Shown here: positions 1 to 12,227 of the stretch, one piece after another
Layout of the letters: each line of letters opens with the position of its first letter
Position numbering within the stretch: position 1 is the first letter of the stretch
NCBI GenBank assembly: GCA_964016885.1
Contig: OZ024741.1
Coordinates: 186,496,001 to 186,560,000, forward strand
Direction of reading: 5' to 3'
Origin: Eledone cirrhosa
Lineage: Eukaryota
Length of the DNA stretch: 64,000 bases
Translations under genes and position numbers: made by a program
Notes under the pieces: model-generated
What the model was told of the DNA's origin: nothing
What the model saw: only the letters and a program-made list of their open reading frames with translations
Databases searched by the model: none

Positions 1-226
1 ATTCATATACGTACGCTTCTTCTGTATCAACTTGCATGCAATACATACATACACATATGTGTATTTGTATGTGTGTGTATGTGTGCATGGCTGTGCACGG
101 TGGAATATTTAAAAGTTTACATTTCACACGGATTTTTTTCTAATCTTATCGAAAAAAAAAATAATACTTCATCAGTTATATCTAAATTCGTTACATCAAT
201 AGCTTCAAATATACGCTGTGTTCTAG

Positions 227-229
<3 letters not shown>

Positions 230-320
<91 letters not shown>

Positions 321-398
321 ATGTATATATATATAGTTTCGTTGACAAATATATCAATATGCCCAGACACGCAGATATATTACCCTTGGTATGACAGT

Positions 399-454
<56 letters not shown>
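230..454. repeat. (TA)n microsatellite tracts (230-335, 400-454); representative of dozens of (TA)n tracts in the window
   Basis: Directly visible dinucleotide runs; these and similar tracts generate the spurious YIYI.../CVCV... ORFs. Confidence 0.95.
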
Positions 455-455
<1 letters not shown>

Positions 456-502
456 AATAGAAATAAATAAATAAATAGAAACTATATTTATAAAACCATA
501 TT

Positions 503-563
503 TATTCTATTATATATATTTCAAGGGTACCAAAACTTCGGTACGCACTCATCAGATAAAATA
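503..563 (-). ncRNA. Type I hammerhead ribozyme in PLE 3' pLTR
   Basis: Reverse complement reads tattttat-CTGATGA-gtgcgtaccgaagttttggtaccctt-GAAA-tatata-TA-atagaata (stem I, core, stem II, AU-palindromic stem III). Confidence 0.75.
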
Positions 564-1629
564 TAAATATTGACATAACCAAGAAAAAAATACCTTAACG
601 GTTCAAGTTTTTCCTGGATAGTAATGGAAAAGAGAAGAAAAGTCAGATATTTCAAATTATTAAGATGAGTATGCAAATGAGGTTGAGTTATTTTTAGACG
701 CTATGCAGAATTTAAATAATTAGGATATATGTATGAGTAGGAAGACGAAAAAAAGAAAGAAGAGCTTGTATTTACGTTAATTTAAAGGAATTAACAATTT
801 GCAGGAATGGTGGAATATGATTCCAGATATTTAAAATTTATTTAGCTATATTATGAGTTATAATATTGTATATATAATCAATTAGTTTATATGAAGAATT
901 ATTGTTGTAAGTAGAGTTTATCTTATTACATTACAACAGGCTGTAAGTATATAAATATCTATATAGATTAATAATTGTGCATGTATAAGTATTATAGAAA
1001 TAGAAATAAGTTACAATTATTAGTTGTTTACCTTTCTCATATGAGTTACGAAGGATGTTGATTCTGCATTTTACATAAAAAACACGTAGTTCAAGTTGTA
1101 AGAGGAGAACAATTTGTAGATTCAAATATTTTGTTCCGACATTGAACATGTTTTCAGAATATTGTTAATTTAGCGAAGTTATATAGTTTATCATACATAT
1201 TATATTATTATAATGTTTATGTTTGTTCGATTGAAAAGGAAAAGATAACTCCAATCTTGTTTGCTAACCGTTAAATTTGATGATAAATATATAGAGAAAA
1301 TTATATATTATTTTGTGTGAGATTAATTTCAATTATATATTATTTTAGTCGAAAGATGTGTGAAAGTTTGAAGATCAAAGAAGAGGAAAAATGTATTGTG
1401 CATTTCGAAGAACCATCGTAAAGAGGAGGACTTTTAGAATGTCAATTAAAGATTATCAAGCTACATCTAAAAAACATATATTTAGAAAATAATGTCAAAT
1501 GGTAAAAATAGTAAAAATATTGAAAATTAAGAAGGAAGATCATTTAAAAAAATTTAAATTTAAATTTTTAAAGAAAATACTCAGTAAATAATAGGATCAT
1601 TTTAAAGGTGTATAAGATATAGTCAAGTT

Positions 1630-3545
1630 AAAAATACTTCTGAAAGTGGAATTTTGGCGATGTCTGCAACTAGAAAATAATTCTGTTTTAAAATTAATAG
1701 AGTTTTGACAGTTAATTATATAAAAAAATCTCCTCGATACACAAGTTACAGAATCTTGAGAAAGCCATATTTCGGTATGCAGGTGCTTTCGAAATCGTTC
1801 CCAAAGATATTGAATAGTCTATATTGTTGTCTTTTAAATTCCAAATTTAAGGTGAAAGTGAAGTGGAAGATTTTTTATCGGATCTATTAAATGTGTGTTT
1901 ATGGTTAGCCCAGCGTTCTTTGAAGTTTGTAGAAGTGGCACCAATATAGTTAAATATTTTGTCTCTAGTTTTAACTGCGCATTTATAAATTACGTTTTTG
2001 TCTAAGCAATTATTTTGTAAAGGGCAGTTTGATTTAATTCTACAGATATATTTTCTGGAGTTGTTATTTGGAACGGTATTATTGTTATGAATTTTGTTGT
2101 TAGAAATATTATTATTGCTATCTTGGTTTGTTTGGTTATGGTTTAAATTTAAGTTTCTATTATTAATTCTATTTATATTTTGTGTTATGTTCATAGTAGT
2201 AGAGTAGGATAGTTTTATAGTGTGTCTGTTAAAAATAGAGTGGTATATGTGGGCTTTAGGAAAACATTTATCTCGTGCGTTAAAAAGTAGCTTTGCTAAA
2301 GGTGTTTTAACGCTTAATCATAATGGGAGGAGAGTACCAAATAAAATTTTTAGTTCTAGTTTTTTTGTTTGGTTTAGTATTTAAGTTAAATTGTTTATTT
2401 TTATTATAATTGTTTCTACTTTTTGGCACAAGGCCATCAATTATCCCAACATATTACTGGTACTTTACTTTATCGACCCTGTAAGGATGAAAGGCAAAGT
2501 TAACCTCGGGGGGATTTGAACTCAGTCCCTAAAGGGACGTGACTGTGCTGCAAAGCATGGCGTCCGACCCTTTATTATAATGAATTCTAGGAGGATTTGT
2601 CATGTTATTGTTATCTATGTATTTAATTTTATTCGAGTATCCTGCTCTATATAAATCTCATTGTAATATTCTGCCTTATCATCAAAAATATTTTTATTAG
2701 CAGAGATGCGTGAAATTCGTTGTTGGACCTTATTGACAATAGTGTTTTTTTATATTTCTAGGATGATTAGAACTGAAACTTACGCAATTTAGATTTTCGT
2801 TAATTTTATGGAATGGATAGTAAAGACCTGTGCTAAGGTTTAAGGTTACATCTAAGAAGTTAACGATTTTGTAATTATTCTCGATTTCTAAATTGAGGTT
2901 GTAGTTGTTGAAAAATGGTATTATGGATTTCCTTTTCCTATCAATTTCACTATTGCTACGGTTTTCAATTAAAAGTAACATATCGTTGCGATATAAACCT
3001 CCGGTCATCTCTGGCATTTTCCTATGCAGTATATTATTAATAAATAATCCAACGAGGTCCGTTAATTGCGCCGAGTCAGATGATCCCATAGTGATATCAA
3101 AATTGTTTTTTCTGTCCAGAGATGATTATTAAATTCTATTAGGGTTTTACGTACTGTTAGAATTATATTCATTTCTTCACTAGATATATATGTATGTTTA
3201 GAAGCGTAGATAAGTGCCTTAAGTAAGCTAGGCGTAATACAGGAGTAGTAATTTGCAATGTCCATTTGAATGAATTTTTTTCTCATGTTTTAATTTTATG
3301 TTATTAAACCAATCTATAACTTCATTAGTACCGTTCCATAGTTTAAGGTGTGATTCTCCTTTAAGTAGTGGTATAATTCTATCTAATATATGCTTGCTAA
3401 TTATGCCTAAGTCAGATTTAGATAGTGCGATGAGTCTGATGGGAAATTCAATTTCAAAATTTTTTGTGCTTTTCAGGTTAATCTTCGGTTTTCTACGTAT
3501 AAAGGGTTCAGTCTAATTTATAAATAATTTCCGAAGCTTCCCTAT
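1630..3545 (-). pseudogene. Disrupted PLE RT + GIY-YIG endonuclease ORF
   Basis: Fragments: FIQMDIANYYSCIT (RT), MGSSDSAQLTDLVGL...GGLYRND...VNFLDVTLNL...SNHP, and CRIKSNCPLQNNCL..NVIYKC...NYIGATSTNFKERWANH followed by CNLC..E and SCRH; many frameshifts/stops and a SINE insertion. Confidence 0.9.
2411..2570 (-). mobile_element. tRNA-derived SINE (5'-truncated) inserted into the PLE
   Basis: Core ggtactttactttatcgaccctgtaaggatgaaaggcaaagttaacctcgg...atttgaactcag shared with other copies; 11-bp TSD tttattataat at 2400-2410 and 2571-2581. Confidence 0.9.
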
Positions 3546-3822
3546 TTAACGTTGTTAATTCCATTTAAATTAACGTAAATACAAGCTCTCCTTTCTTTTC
3601 TTCTTCTTCCTACTCATACATACATATATCCAAATTATTTAAATTCTGCATAGCGTCTAAAAATAACGTTTTTTCAGCCCTATACCTCAACCTCATTTGC
3701 ACACTCATCTTAATAATTTGAAATATCTGACTTTTCTTCTCTTTTCCTTCACTATCCAGGAAAAACTTGAACCGTTAAGGTATCTTTTCTTTGTTATGTC
3801 AATATTTATAAAACAAAGTTTG

Positions 3823-3883
3823 TATTTTATCTGATGAGGGTGTACCAAAGTTTTGGTACGCTTGAAATATATATAATAGAATA
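3823..3883 (+). ncRNA. Type I hammerhead ribozyme in inverted pLTR
   Basis: tattttat-CTGATGA-gggtgtaccaaagttttggtacgctt-GAAA-tatata-TA-atagaata. Confidence 0.75.
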
Positions 3884-4102
3884 AATATGGTTTTATAAAT
3901 ATAGTTTCCATTTATTTAATATCATTGAATATTATTCTCCAGAAAAACTGTCGAGTGCTTTGAATCAGTTATAAACATTTATATTTGTTGAATTACCAAC
4001 AAATTGAATATCCCTTTTGCTTATATATATATATATGACGATATAAAGGTAAAGAATTTAGATATAATTAATGTAATATTTTTTGTTCAATTAGAATAAT
4101 AT

Positions 4103-4300
<198 letters not shown>

Positions 4301-4654
4301 ATGGTGATGATGGATTTGATTTAAATAGCTTGCAATACAAGCGAACGTGTTACACACTTGGAACTTTTTTCACGTTTTCTTCTTAATTTCTCCTCTTTTC
4401 AGTCATACCTTAATTCGTACTTAATTTGCCAATGTTTGACTTAGTCCGAAATGATACGTATAATCTTTTTTCTTTTCTCCTGAGAGTAATACTAATTATT
4501 GTTATACTTTGGGAGGGTCATGTTGCCAATAAGAAACACACGCACCAGTTGCTTTCACTTCAATTTAATTTATTATATATTTATAAATTTACAAATTTAT
4601 AAATTTCTGGTTGGTTGGTTGGTTCCACAACCAGATAGTTGTTTATATATATAT

Positions 4655-4699
4655 AGTCATAGTTCTTTCGTCACACACTCTGTGACCTCTTCAGTGACT
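4655..4699 (-). ncRNA. Minimal hammerhead ribozyme (extra G after A9)
   Basis: Reverse complement reads agtca-CTGAAGA-g-gtcaca gagtg tgtgac-GAAA-gaac-TA-tgact. Confidence 0.75.
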
Positions 4700-5005
4700 G
4701 GGGATTTCTTTCTTCGTTTCTGTGCCTTTCTTTTCTTCTATCCTACGCCATTTTGTTTGTGTGTGGGTTGCGTGCTCAGTTTGCGCATGCGCCACATCCG
4801 GGTGTCTGTGTGTGTTTGTGTACATTTTTCTAATTTTCTATTTATATTTTTCTATTTGTTTGTTTATTTATTTATTTATTGTTGGTTGGTTGTTTGTTCT
4901 ATGTGTGTGTGTGTTTTCATTTTGTCTTGTGTGTGTTTTCATTTTGTGTGTGTTTTCAATTGTAAGTTGTTTGTTCTATGTGTGTGTGTGTTTTCATTTT
5001 GTCCC

Positions 5006-6907
5006 TTAATTGTAAGTTGTGATGTTGCTGTTCCACTCATATTTTCTATTTAATTTTGGTTTTAATTCTTTTATGCTTACTGCCTCTGTAATTTGCCTAA
5101 ACATTGCGTCTTTCTTGTGTGTGGATTCTATTTTTATTTCTATGCTCTCTAATTTACCCCTGTGTTCTATCTTAGCATGTTGGTAGAGCACAGATGATTC
5201 TTTATTATCTTGGAGGTCTCGCCAGTGTTCATTTATTCGTTCCCCTATACTACGAGCTGTCTCACCTATGTACACTATATTTTTGTTTCTACATTGTCCT
5301 TCAGTACATCTTATGCTATATACTACATTTCTAGTTTTACAGTTAATATGGGGGCTTATTTTACAGGTTATACATTTCTTATCTATACATGAGGGTCTTT
5401 GGAACGGGTATGTCTTGCTAATAAGTGTTTTTACGGAGGTACCAGGTCTTTCTACTATCTTAATATTGAGATTATGTTTCTTTAGGGCCCTTCTAAATTT
5501 GTAGGCTAGTTCGCCTCTAGGGGTTGTATTGATGAACATTACACTCTGGTATTTATTGCTATCATACCATGAGTTTATTCTATTGGCCTTGTTCTTAGTT
5601 CTTTCTATTCTATTCCAAAATTTGCTCCTATACAAGGGGCAGGTCCCATTTATGTCATTATTTACCATTTTTTCCCATTTGGTTCTGGCTCCTTTATACA
5701 CTCTGATTCTATCTCTCTGATTGTAGCCAGAGAACTGCATACGGTGGATGAAGTGTTGTATGTGTCTCTCTAGTTCTTCGGGGTTGCACATGCGGGACAC
5801 ATTTCTCATCACCCGTACCAAATCCGCAATCAGTATGTTGATTTTGGTATGGTCCGAAATGGCCGAGTTTCGGTGGATCAGATGTTTGGAAGTCATGGGT
5901 TTGGCATAATGGGAATGGAGGATTTGTTTTTGGTTGTTAATTGTATCTAACCAGAGCTCTGTGTCTAGTACAGGTAATCGATGGTTGGGGTGTCTACTTG
6001 GGTAGTCTATAGTGACTCTAATGCTCTGGTGGATGGAGTTTGCTATTTGCTGGATGCTTTCCATTGTGTTTTTCTCTAGTTCCTGGCTGTTCTTTAGTGG
6101 GGGTGTCTTAACTACGATGTTTATATCATCTACGTAGCGGGAGTACATTATCAGGGTTAAGCTGTCTTCTAATTGTTCATTAAGTTTTTGTTTAAGTCTA
6201 CTGTCCCACCATACCATGAATAAGTTAGCTATGTCGCCTGCAATGCTAACACCAATGGCTGCTCCTTCCTCTTGGGCATATGTTTTACCATTAAATTTGA
6301 ACATATGTTCCTTAAGGGTTAATTTTATGCTGGCCCCTACCGCATGTGCAATCATTTTCTTCAGTTCATCGTGGTTTTCGGGTGTCCGTATGGCTCTGGT
6401 CCACCCGTTCCATCTATCTGTGTGGGTTTTCTTGGCCATTGAGGTCATGGTAGGTGGTCTGCCTCTTGCTGGTCTTGTAGGGCACAGGTTGCTAAGGTCA
6501 TAAGTGTCTAGGTAACTATTACTATGGGTAAGCTTAAGTAGAAGTCCCAGCTCACTGGTATCAATCCCACGGAACTCAACCTTGCTCTCGCTGATCATTT
6601 CGACGCATTTCTCCACAGCAAAATCCACGTCAATAGATGGATACAGGGACACAACATCCATACTGCCTATTATGCAGTTTGTTAGGTCCCCAGATCGGTT
6701 ACCCGCGCCGATTCTGCTGAGGAGGTCCTCCGTGCTGTCACACACATCTGGGGACATCTCAATGATGGGGCGTATGATCAGGGAGAGGAAGTAGGACAGT
6801 CTGTAGTTACTAGCAATGTTAGCCCCACAGACTGGCCGTGTTGGTGGTCCCGCGACAGGGTCCCAGCCCGTTTTATGGTCTTTTCGAAGCCCATACAACG
6901 CCGGCAC
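5006..6907 (-). CDS. PLE reverse transcriptase + GIY-YIG endonuclease (open 633-aa part; upstream DKSG region to ~7270 has one TAG and one frameshift)
   Basis: YGLRKDHK, PTRPV, GSMDVVSLYPSID, GAAIG, YSRYVDD, LPVLD, then C-x4-C-x2-C...NVVY...VYIGETARSIGERINEH...EAVSIKELKPKLN. Confidence 0.92.
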   Translation of the reverse strand: MPALYGLRKDHKTGWDPVAGPPTRPVCGANIASNYRLSYFLSLIIRPIIEMSPDVCDSTEDLLSRIGAGNRSGDLTNCIIGSMDVVSLYPSIDVDFAVEKCVEMISESKVEFRGIDTSELGLLLKLTHSNSYLDTYDLSNLCPTRPARGRPPTMTSMAKKTHTDRWNGWTRAIRTPENHDELKKMIAHAVGASIKLTLKEHMFKFNGKTYAQEEGAAIGVSIAGDIANLFMVWWDSRLKQKLNEQLEDSLTLIMYSRYVDDINIVVKTPPLKNSQELEKNTMESIQQIANSIHQSIRVTIDYPSRHPNHRLPVLDTELWLDTINNQKQILHSHYAKPMTSKHLIHRNSAISDHTKINILIADLVRVMRNVSRMCNPEELERHIQHFIHRMQFSGYNQRDRIRVYKGARTKWEKMVNNDINGTCPLYRSKFWNRIERTKNKANRINSWYDSNKYQSVMFINTTPRGELAYKFRRALKKHNLNIKIVERPGTSVKTLISKTYPFQRPSCIDKKCITCKISPHINCKTRNVVYSIRCTEGQCRNKNIVYIGETARSIGERINEHWRDLQDNKESSVLYQHAKIEHRGKLESIEIKIESTHKKDAMFRQITEAVSIKELKPKLNRKYEWNSNITTYN

Positions 6908-7273
6908 GTCATTGTTCCAGGCCTGGAAGTTGTTGGCAGTCCTTTTGTTGGGCTACATTATATTTGTCCACATCACCATATGGGCATTGAGGGTTTTTTC
7001 TCTATCCTCATGCTCCTGTGGTGTTACCTCTCTTGTGTTAGTGATGTGGGGTTGCATTGCCTGGATGTAGTTTTGGCAGGCTGTCAACCGACATTCTGCC
7101 AGACTTGTCTGTTGGAAAGCATGCTATCTCTCCATTACGCGAGCGCTGCATGAGCTTACGCAAGCCATTTGCAGATTCTTCTCCCAGTTGCTGGGCCTCT
7201 ATTCTATTATGCTTCTTGCTATACTGTTCTATAATATTTCTAAGTTCGGATTTAGCTATACTAAATTATTATT

Positions 7274-7740
7274 ATCTCAATATTAAGATAGTAGAAAGAC
7301 CTGGTACCTCCGTAAAAACACTTATTAGCAAGACATACCCGTTCCAAAGACCCTCATGTATAGATAAGAAATGTATAACCTGTAAAATAAGCCCCCATAT
7401 TAACTGTAAAACTAGAAATGTAGTATATAGCATAAGATGTACTGAAGGACAATGTAGAAACAAAAATATAGTGTACATAGGTGAGACAGCTCGTAGTATA
7501 GGGGAACGAATAAATGAACACTGGCGAGACCTCCAAGATAATAAAGAATCATCTGTGCTCTACCAACATGCTAAGATAGAACACAGGGGTAAATTAGAGA
7601 GCATAGAAATAAAAATAGAATCCACACACAAGAAAGACGCAATGTTTAGGCAAATTACAGAGGCAGTAAGCATAAAAGAATTAAAACCAAAATTAAATAG
7701 AAAATATGAGTGGAACAGCAACATCACAACTTACAATTAA
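7274..7740 (+). pseudogene. Inverted duplicate of the GIY-YIG domain coding segment
   Basis: C-terminal ~155 aa of ORF 7057..7740 are identical to the end of ORF 5006..6907; the N-terminal part is antisense RT sequence. Confidence 0.9.
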
Positions 7741-8045
7741 GGACAAAATGAAAACACACACACACATAGAACAAACAACTTACAATTGAAAACACACACA
7801 AAATGAAAACACACACAAGACAAAATGAAAACACACACACACATAGAACAAACAACCAACCAACAATAAATAAATAAATAAACAAACAAATAGAAAAATA
7901 TAAATAGAAAAATAGAAAAATGTACACAAACACACACAGACACCCGGATGTGGCGCATGCGCAAACTGAGCACGCAACCCACACACAAACAAAATGGCGT
8001 AGGATAGAAGAAAAGAAAGGCACAGAAACGAAGAAAGAAATCCCC

Positions 8046-8090
8046 AGTCACTGAAGAGGTCACAGAGTGTGTGACGAAAGAACTATGACT
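8046..8090 (+). ncRNA. Minimal hammerhead ribozyme, inverted-arm copy
   Basis: agtca-CTGAAGA-g-gtcaca gagtg tgtgac-GAAA-gaac-TA-tgact. Confidence 0.75.
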
Positions 8091-8376
8091 ATATATATAT
8101 AAACAACTATCTGGTTGTGGAACCAACCAACCAACCAGAAATTTATAAATTTGTAAATTTATAAATATATAATAAATTAAATTGAAGTGAAAGCAACTGG
8201 TGCGTGTGTTTCTTATTGGCAACATGACCCTCCCAAAGTATAACAATATCGGTTTCAACACACGATTTCAGATAAAGAATCTTGCTAAACAAATTCAGAA
8301 ACGAAATAATACTAATTAATTTAATTTTTATCTCATCCAGTCTAATATATTTATTTTTCTGGTCTTCGTTGAACAG

Positions 8377-8441
<65 letters not shown>

Positions 8442-8524
8442 TATACACACGTATTTTCATACACACGCACACTAATCCCCATAGATACACACATTTACAT
8501 ATAATATCTTTTGATACCTTAACA

Positions 8525-8640
<116 letters not shown>

Positions 8641-8697
8641 ATAGCAGTACATCTTTAATAAACGAAGCCAAATTTTAAATATTTGACTTAATTACTT

Positions 8698-8774
<77 letters not shown>

Positions 8775-8780
8775 CCATAT

Positions 8781-8812
8781 TTAGATAGATAAATAGACAG
8801 ATAGATAGATAT

Positions 8813-8892
<80 letters not shown>
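8781..8892. repeat. (GATA)n microsatellite
   Basis: Directly visible. Confidence 0.95.
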
Positions 8893-8893
<1 letters not shown>

Positions 8894-9109
8894 GAAGGAT
8901 TTAGAAGAGATAGAAATATTGAGATAGTGGTAGAGAAAGTGGGATAGAGAGTCAGACTGTTATACAGACATCATAATAAAGTGTTTTTCATTCAGTTGCA
9001 GTCCATTAACAAAATATACGGCGTCATACGTCTCAGGAATTTCACTTTCCACGTTATTTTCAAAAAATTTCGTCTCATAGACAAACATTCCAGAAGAATT
9101 ATTATTTTA

Positions 9110-9465
9110 GGCAGTGAAGTAGCAGAAATGATAGAGCGTTCGATAAAATTACCTGTCGTGTTTCATTACGCAGGTTAACGTTCTGAGTTCATGTAGCACA
9201 AAACAAGTTCCACGGTCAACAAAATAAAATACCAGTCAAGCGCTGGGGTCTATTTACAGACCTGTTAACACTCCCCCGTCGTACGTGGAGATCTCCCAGC
9301 CACTTTGGGTTGGTTGAGAGATGTTTCCTCTTGTGAAAATGGATATAGTTTTCAATATGTAAAAAAGCACTTTTTTTCATGGTACGTCCCTTTTGCTTTT
9401 TTACAGGTTGACAGGTCTGTATTTAACCGACTACGAATTCGTGTCTAATATTTTAAACATAGAAT
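9110..9465 (+). mobile_element. Old tRNA-derived SINE interrupted by a MITE
   Basis: Degenerate A-box head, ttctgagttca B-box-like motif and aaaataaaataccagtcaagcgctggggtc core; SINE-like sequence resumes after 9421. Confidence 0.6.
9257..9419. mobile_element. MITE, 13-bp TIR, TA target duplication
   Basis: ta|cagacctgttaac ... gttgacaggtctg|ta; a second, inverted and diverged copy lies at ~9710-10133. Confidence 0.7.
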
Positions 9466-9709
9466 TAATAGAAGGTTGTGTTCCATATAGCGGCACCTGT
9501 CATTTAATTATGTTGCCTAGCGTTCTGAATTGAAATAACGCTACTTCGATCTTTATTTTTCCTCCTTCGATAGTTCGTGTTGTTTACTCCCTAGACAGCC
9601 ATGATTCAGTAGAGTTAAGAATAAATACATTCCAATGGAATATTTAGGAATATAGTTTCCAATACATCAATCTTTATTTAAGAGGTCGGGAATATTATTT
9701 ACCTTACAT

Positions 9710-10133
9710 CAGACTTCACAACCTCTAAAAACCCAAACGGCGAGTACCATGAAAAAGGTGCCTCAAAACGAGGAGAAATGAAGCAAAATGGGGATATATT
9801 ACATAATAGTCTCTTATATAGGCACAAGCTCAGCAATTTTGGGGGTGAGTCGATTTAATCGACCCCAGTGCGTGACTGGTACTTTATTTTATCGACCCCG
9901 TGAGGATGAAAGGCAAAGTTAACTTTGGTGGGATTTGAACCCAGATCATAAAGGGCCGTAACTCTATGCTGCAAAGCATGGCGTCCGACTCTCTACCGAT
10001 ACTGCCAATCCACAGCCCTGAGGAGATATTACATAATGAAAGCTATATCCATTTTCCCAAGAGAAGACATCTCTCATCCACCCCAAAATGGGTGGGAGAT
10101 CTCCCTGTCGGACGGGGAGAGTTGATAGGTGTG
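9710..10133. mobile_element. Second copy of the MITE (opposite orientation), split by a SINE
   Basis: 10030-10133 matches the reverse complement of 9257-9360; 9710-9760 matches the reverse complement of 9365-9419. Confidence 0.65.
9808..10025 (-). mobile_element. tRNA-derived SINE, near full length
   Basis: Same core as the other copies; 12-bp TSD atattacataat at 9796-9807 and 10026-10037. Confidence 0.9.
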
Positions 10134-11721
10134 TTATATACTGAAAGAAAAGGGCGGTGTTCGTTAAAAATGTTTTCAAAGATAGGTAGATTGGAGAGAG
10201 AAACTCAACTAAAATTCCCCACGAGGCTAGAGCGTCGATGATTTAAGCGGATGACGGATCATGTCTACCACTCAAGTAAGCCACAGCATGGTTTAGCAAG
10301 CAAAAAGCCATATGTCTATGAGACTTATTGTTGGGTGGGAGATACGTGGCCTGGTGGGGTCTTGTGAATATATGTGTTAGTGTATCTCAAGCAACAAGAC
10401 TCGTAGACAGTAGCCACACAACTGTTCAGGGTAACCATACTACCATTAAACCTAATCCTATCCCTAACCCTAATTTCAAATCTAACATTAACTCACACGC
10501 ATTCCTCTTTCTACAACTCCACCTTCACCTAAATCATAAAAAGTATACCACGTTTAAACAAGTTTTATCTCATTTATTTTATTTTATTTTATTCTAGCTT
10601 CTCACTCTCAGATCCTTATATCTCACTCTTCTTACCATTACCTGAATCACCCTACAAAAAAAGAAAATTCACAACCCACTATACAAACATATGTGCTGCT
10701 TAAGATACACCAACAGGATATATATAATAGTACTGCTATCACGATAAAAGTCACCTATTATAATCTGAGCAAGGTGTGGTTGTCCTATTTGAGACTGTAA
10801 TGGGAGGTTTGAGTGAGATATATCTACTATATCTAGTAAGTGAAGTCTCAAGGGGCCACATAAATTTCCATTTGTGGTTCGTTGTTGTAGTTATGGGTTA
10901 ACCCTAGCTATATCTTCTATGACTTATTAAGAAAGATACACTCATCACCTATAAATCTGTTTACATCCTCCCAGACTGGAAAGATGTCATCGAAATGATG
11001 AAGACTTACCAACTGAGATCGAGATAACATACGACGAAACACTACCGACTATTGTGTATTTGTACTATTAAAGGTATCTCGGAGAACCTTATCCAAATTC
11101 ATAATCTATAATTGGGACAGCAATGTGGGGTGATTTGTGAAAGAGCAGGTTCGATTTCTAACAAGATGAGTGCCTCCGCATGAAAAGGTAGTTACAATTT
11201 TATAGCTTCATAGACGCGATAATATATAAAATACAGTAGAACACCTGGGATCCGAACTTTCATCATCTTGTTGTTAGTTTCTGTCGAGAGATAGTATATC
11301 GTATGTTGAAATGTTATATAAACACGCATATCCAGACAGGAATGTTTACAGGCCCTACACAGACGCACAAGATTCACATTCACATATCTTTATATATTGA
11401 ATTAGATATTTAAATGTGTGTGTGTGTTACTGTTTTTGCGGGAACATACAGAATGGTGTCTGTATGTAACTGAATATGAACACTTGTATGAGTATATGAC
11501 TAGGTACATATATATAAATGTATCTTCATTCCTTAAAGACATTTGCAGAAATTTGTCTGGTGTTTCTATATATTCAATGCCAGACGATAGAATTCCTTTC
11601 AGAAGGACGCTGTAATTAATATTACAGAACAAATGTCTTTATGTAACATAGTTAATGCGCAAATGTTAGTCTGTATTTATCATATTTTCAGACTTATACT
11701 CTCTTTCATCCCCAACACAAA

Positions 11722-11764
<43 letters not shown>

Positions 11765-11788
11765 CTTTCTCTCTCTCTCTCTCTCTCG

Positions 11789-11822
<34 letters not shown>

Positions 11823-11959
11823 CATTCTAGTTATCTAGCTATCTCTCATTCGCTCTCTCACCTTCTCTCTCTTTGTAGTTTTCTTTCTCTTTTCTTCTTC
11901 CTCGCTCTATCCCTCTCATTCTCCTTCCTGTCTACAAATATATATACATATATATATAC

Positions 11960-11991
<32 letters not shown>

Positions 11992-12227
11992 ATGTATATA
12001 CCTATATGTGTGTGTGTATGGGTGTATGTGTGTGTGTGCGCGCATGCGCGTGGGTAGATAGATAGATATGAAGGGTGGTGGTGAGTACGGATTGCATCAC
12101 TGAATAGTAGAAACCTGAACGCCATAATACCGAATCTCTTAAAAATAGAATACCGGCAGTTCATGTATTTCAGGATTCTATTCATTTGGCAGTTTCTGTA
12201 TTGTAAGAAAAACTATTCACATCTAAG

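Larger units (their letters stand above)
457..4021 (-). mobile_element. Degenerate, 5'-truncated Penelope-like retroelement (Naiad-like) with inverted pseudo-LTRs
   Basis: ~470-797 is the reverse complement of ~3552-3915; between them lie broken RT and GIY-YIG frames; TA repeats flank both ends. Confidence 0.9.
4498..8290 (-). mobile_element. Penelope-like retroelement (non-Naiad clade), 5'-truncated, with ~970-bp inverted duplication of its 3' end
   Basis: 4498-5472 and 7274-8246 are near-perfect reverse complements; RT/GIY-YIG ORF on the minus strand; the right arm carries a further ~45-nt extension. Confidence 0.95.

Noticed and set aside
336-400. HHR-like remnant on the minus strand; similar remnant at ~37560-37600
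   Set aside because: Stem II and GAAA are present but the CUGANGA core is too degraded to call.
10455-10495. ccctaaccctaa telomere-like repeats
   Set aside because: Only two good units; too short to call an interstitial telomere.
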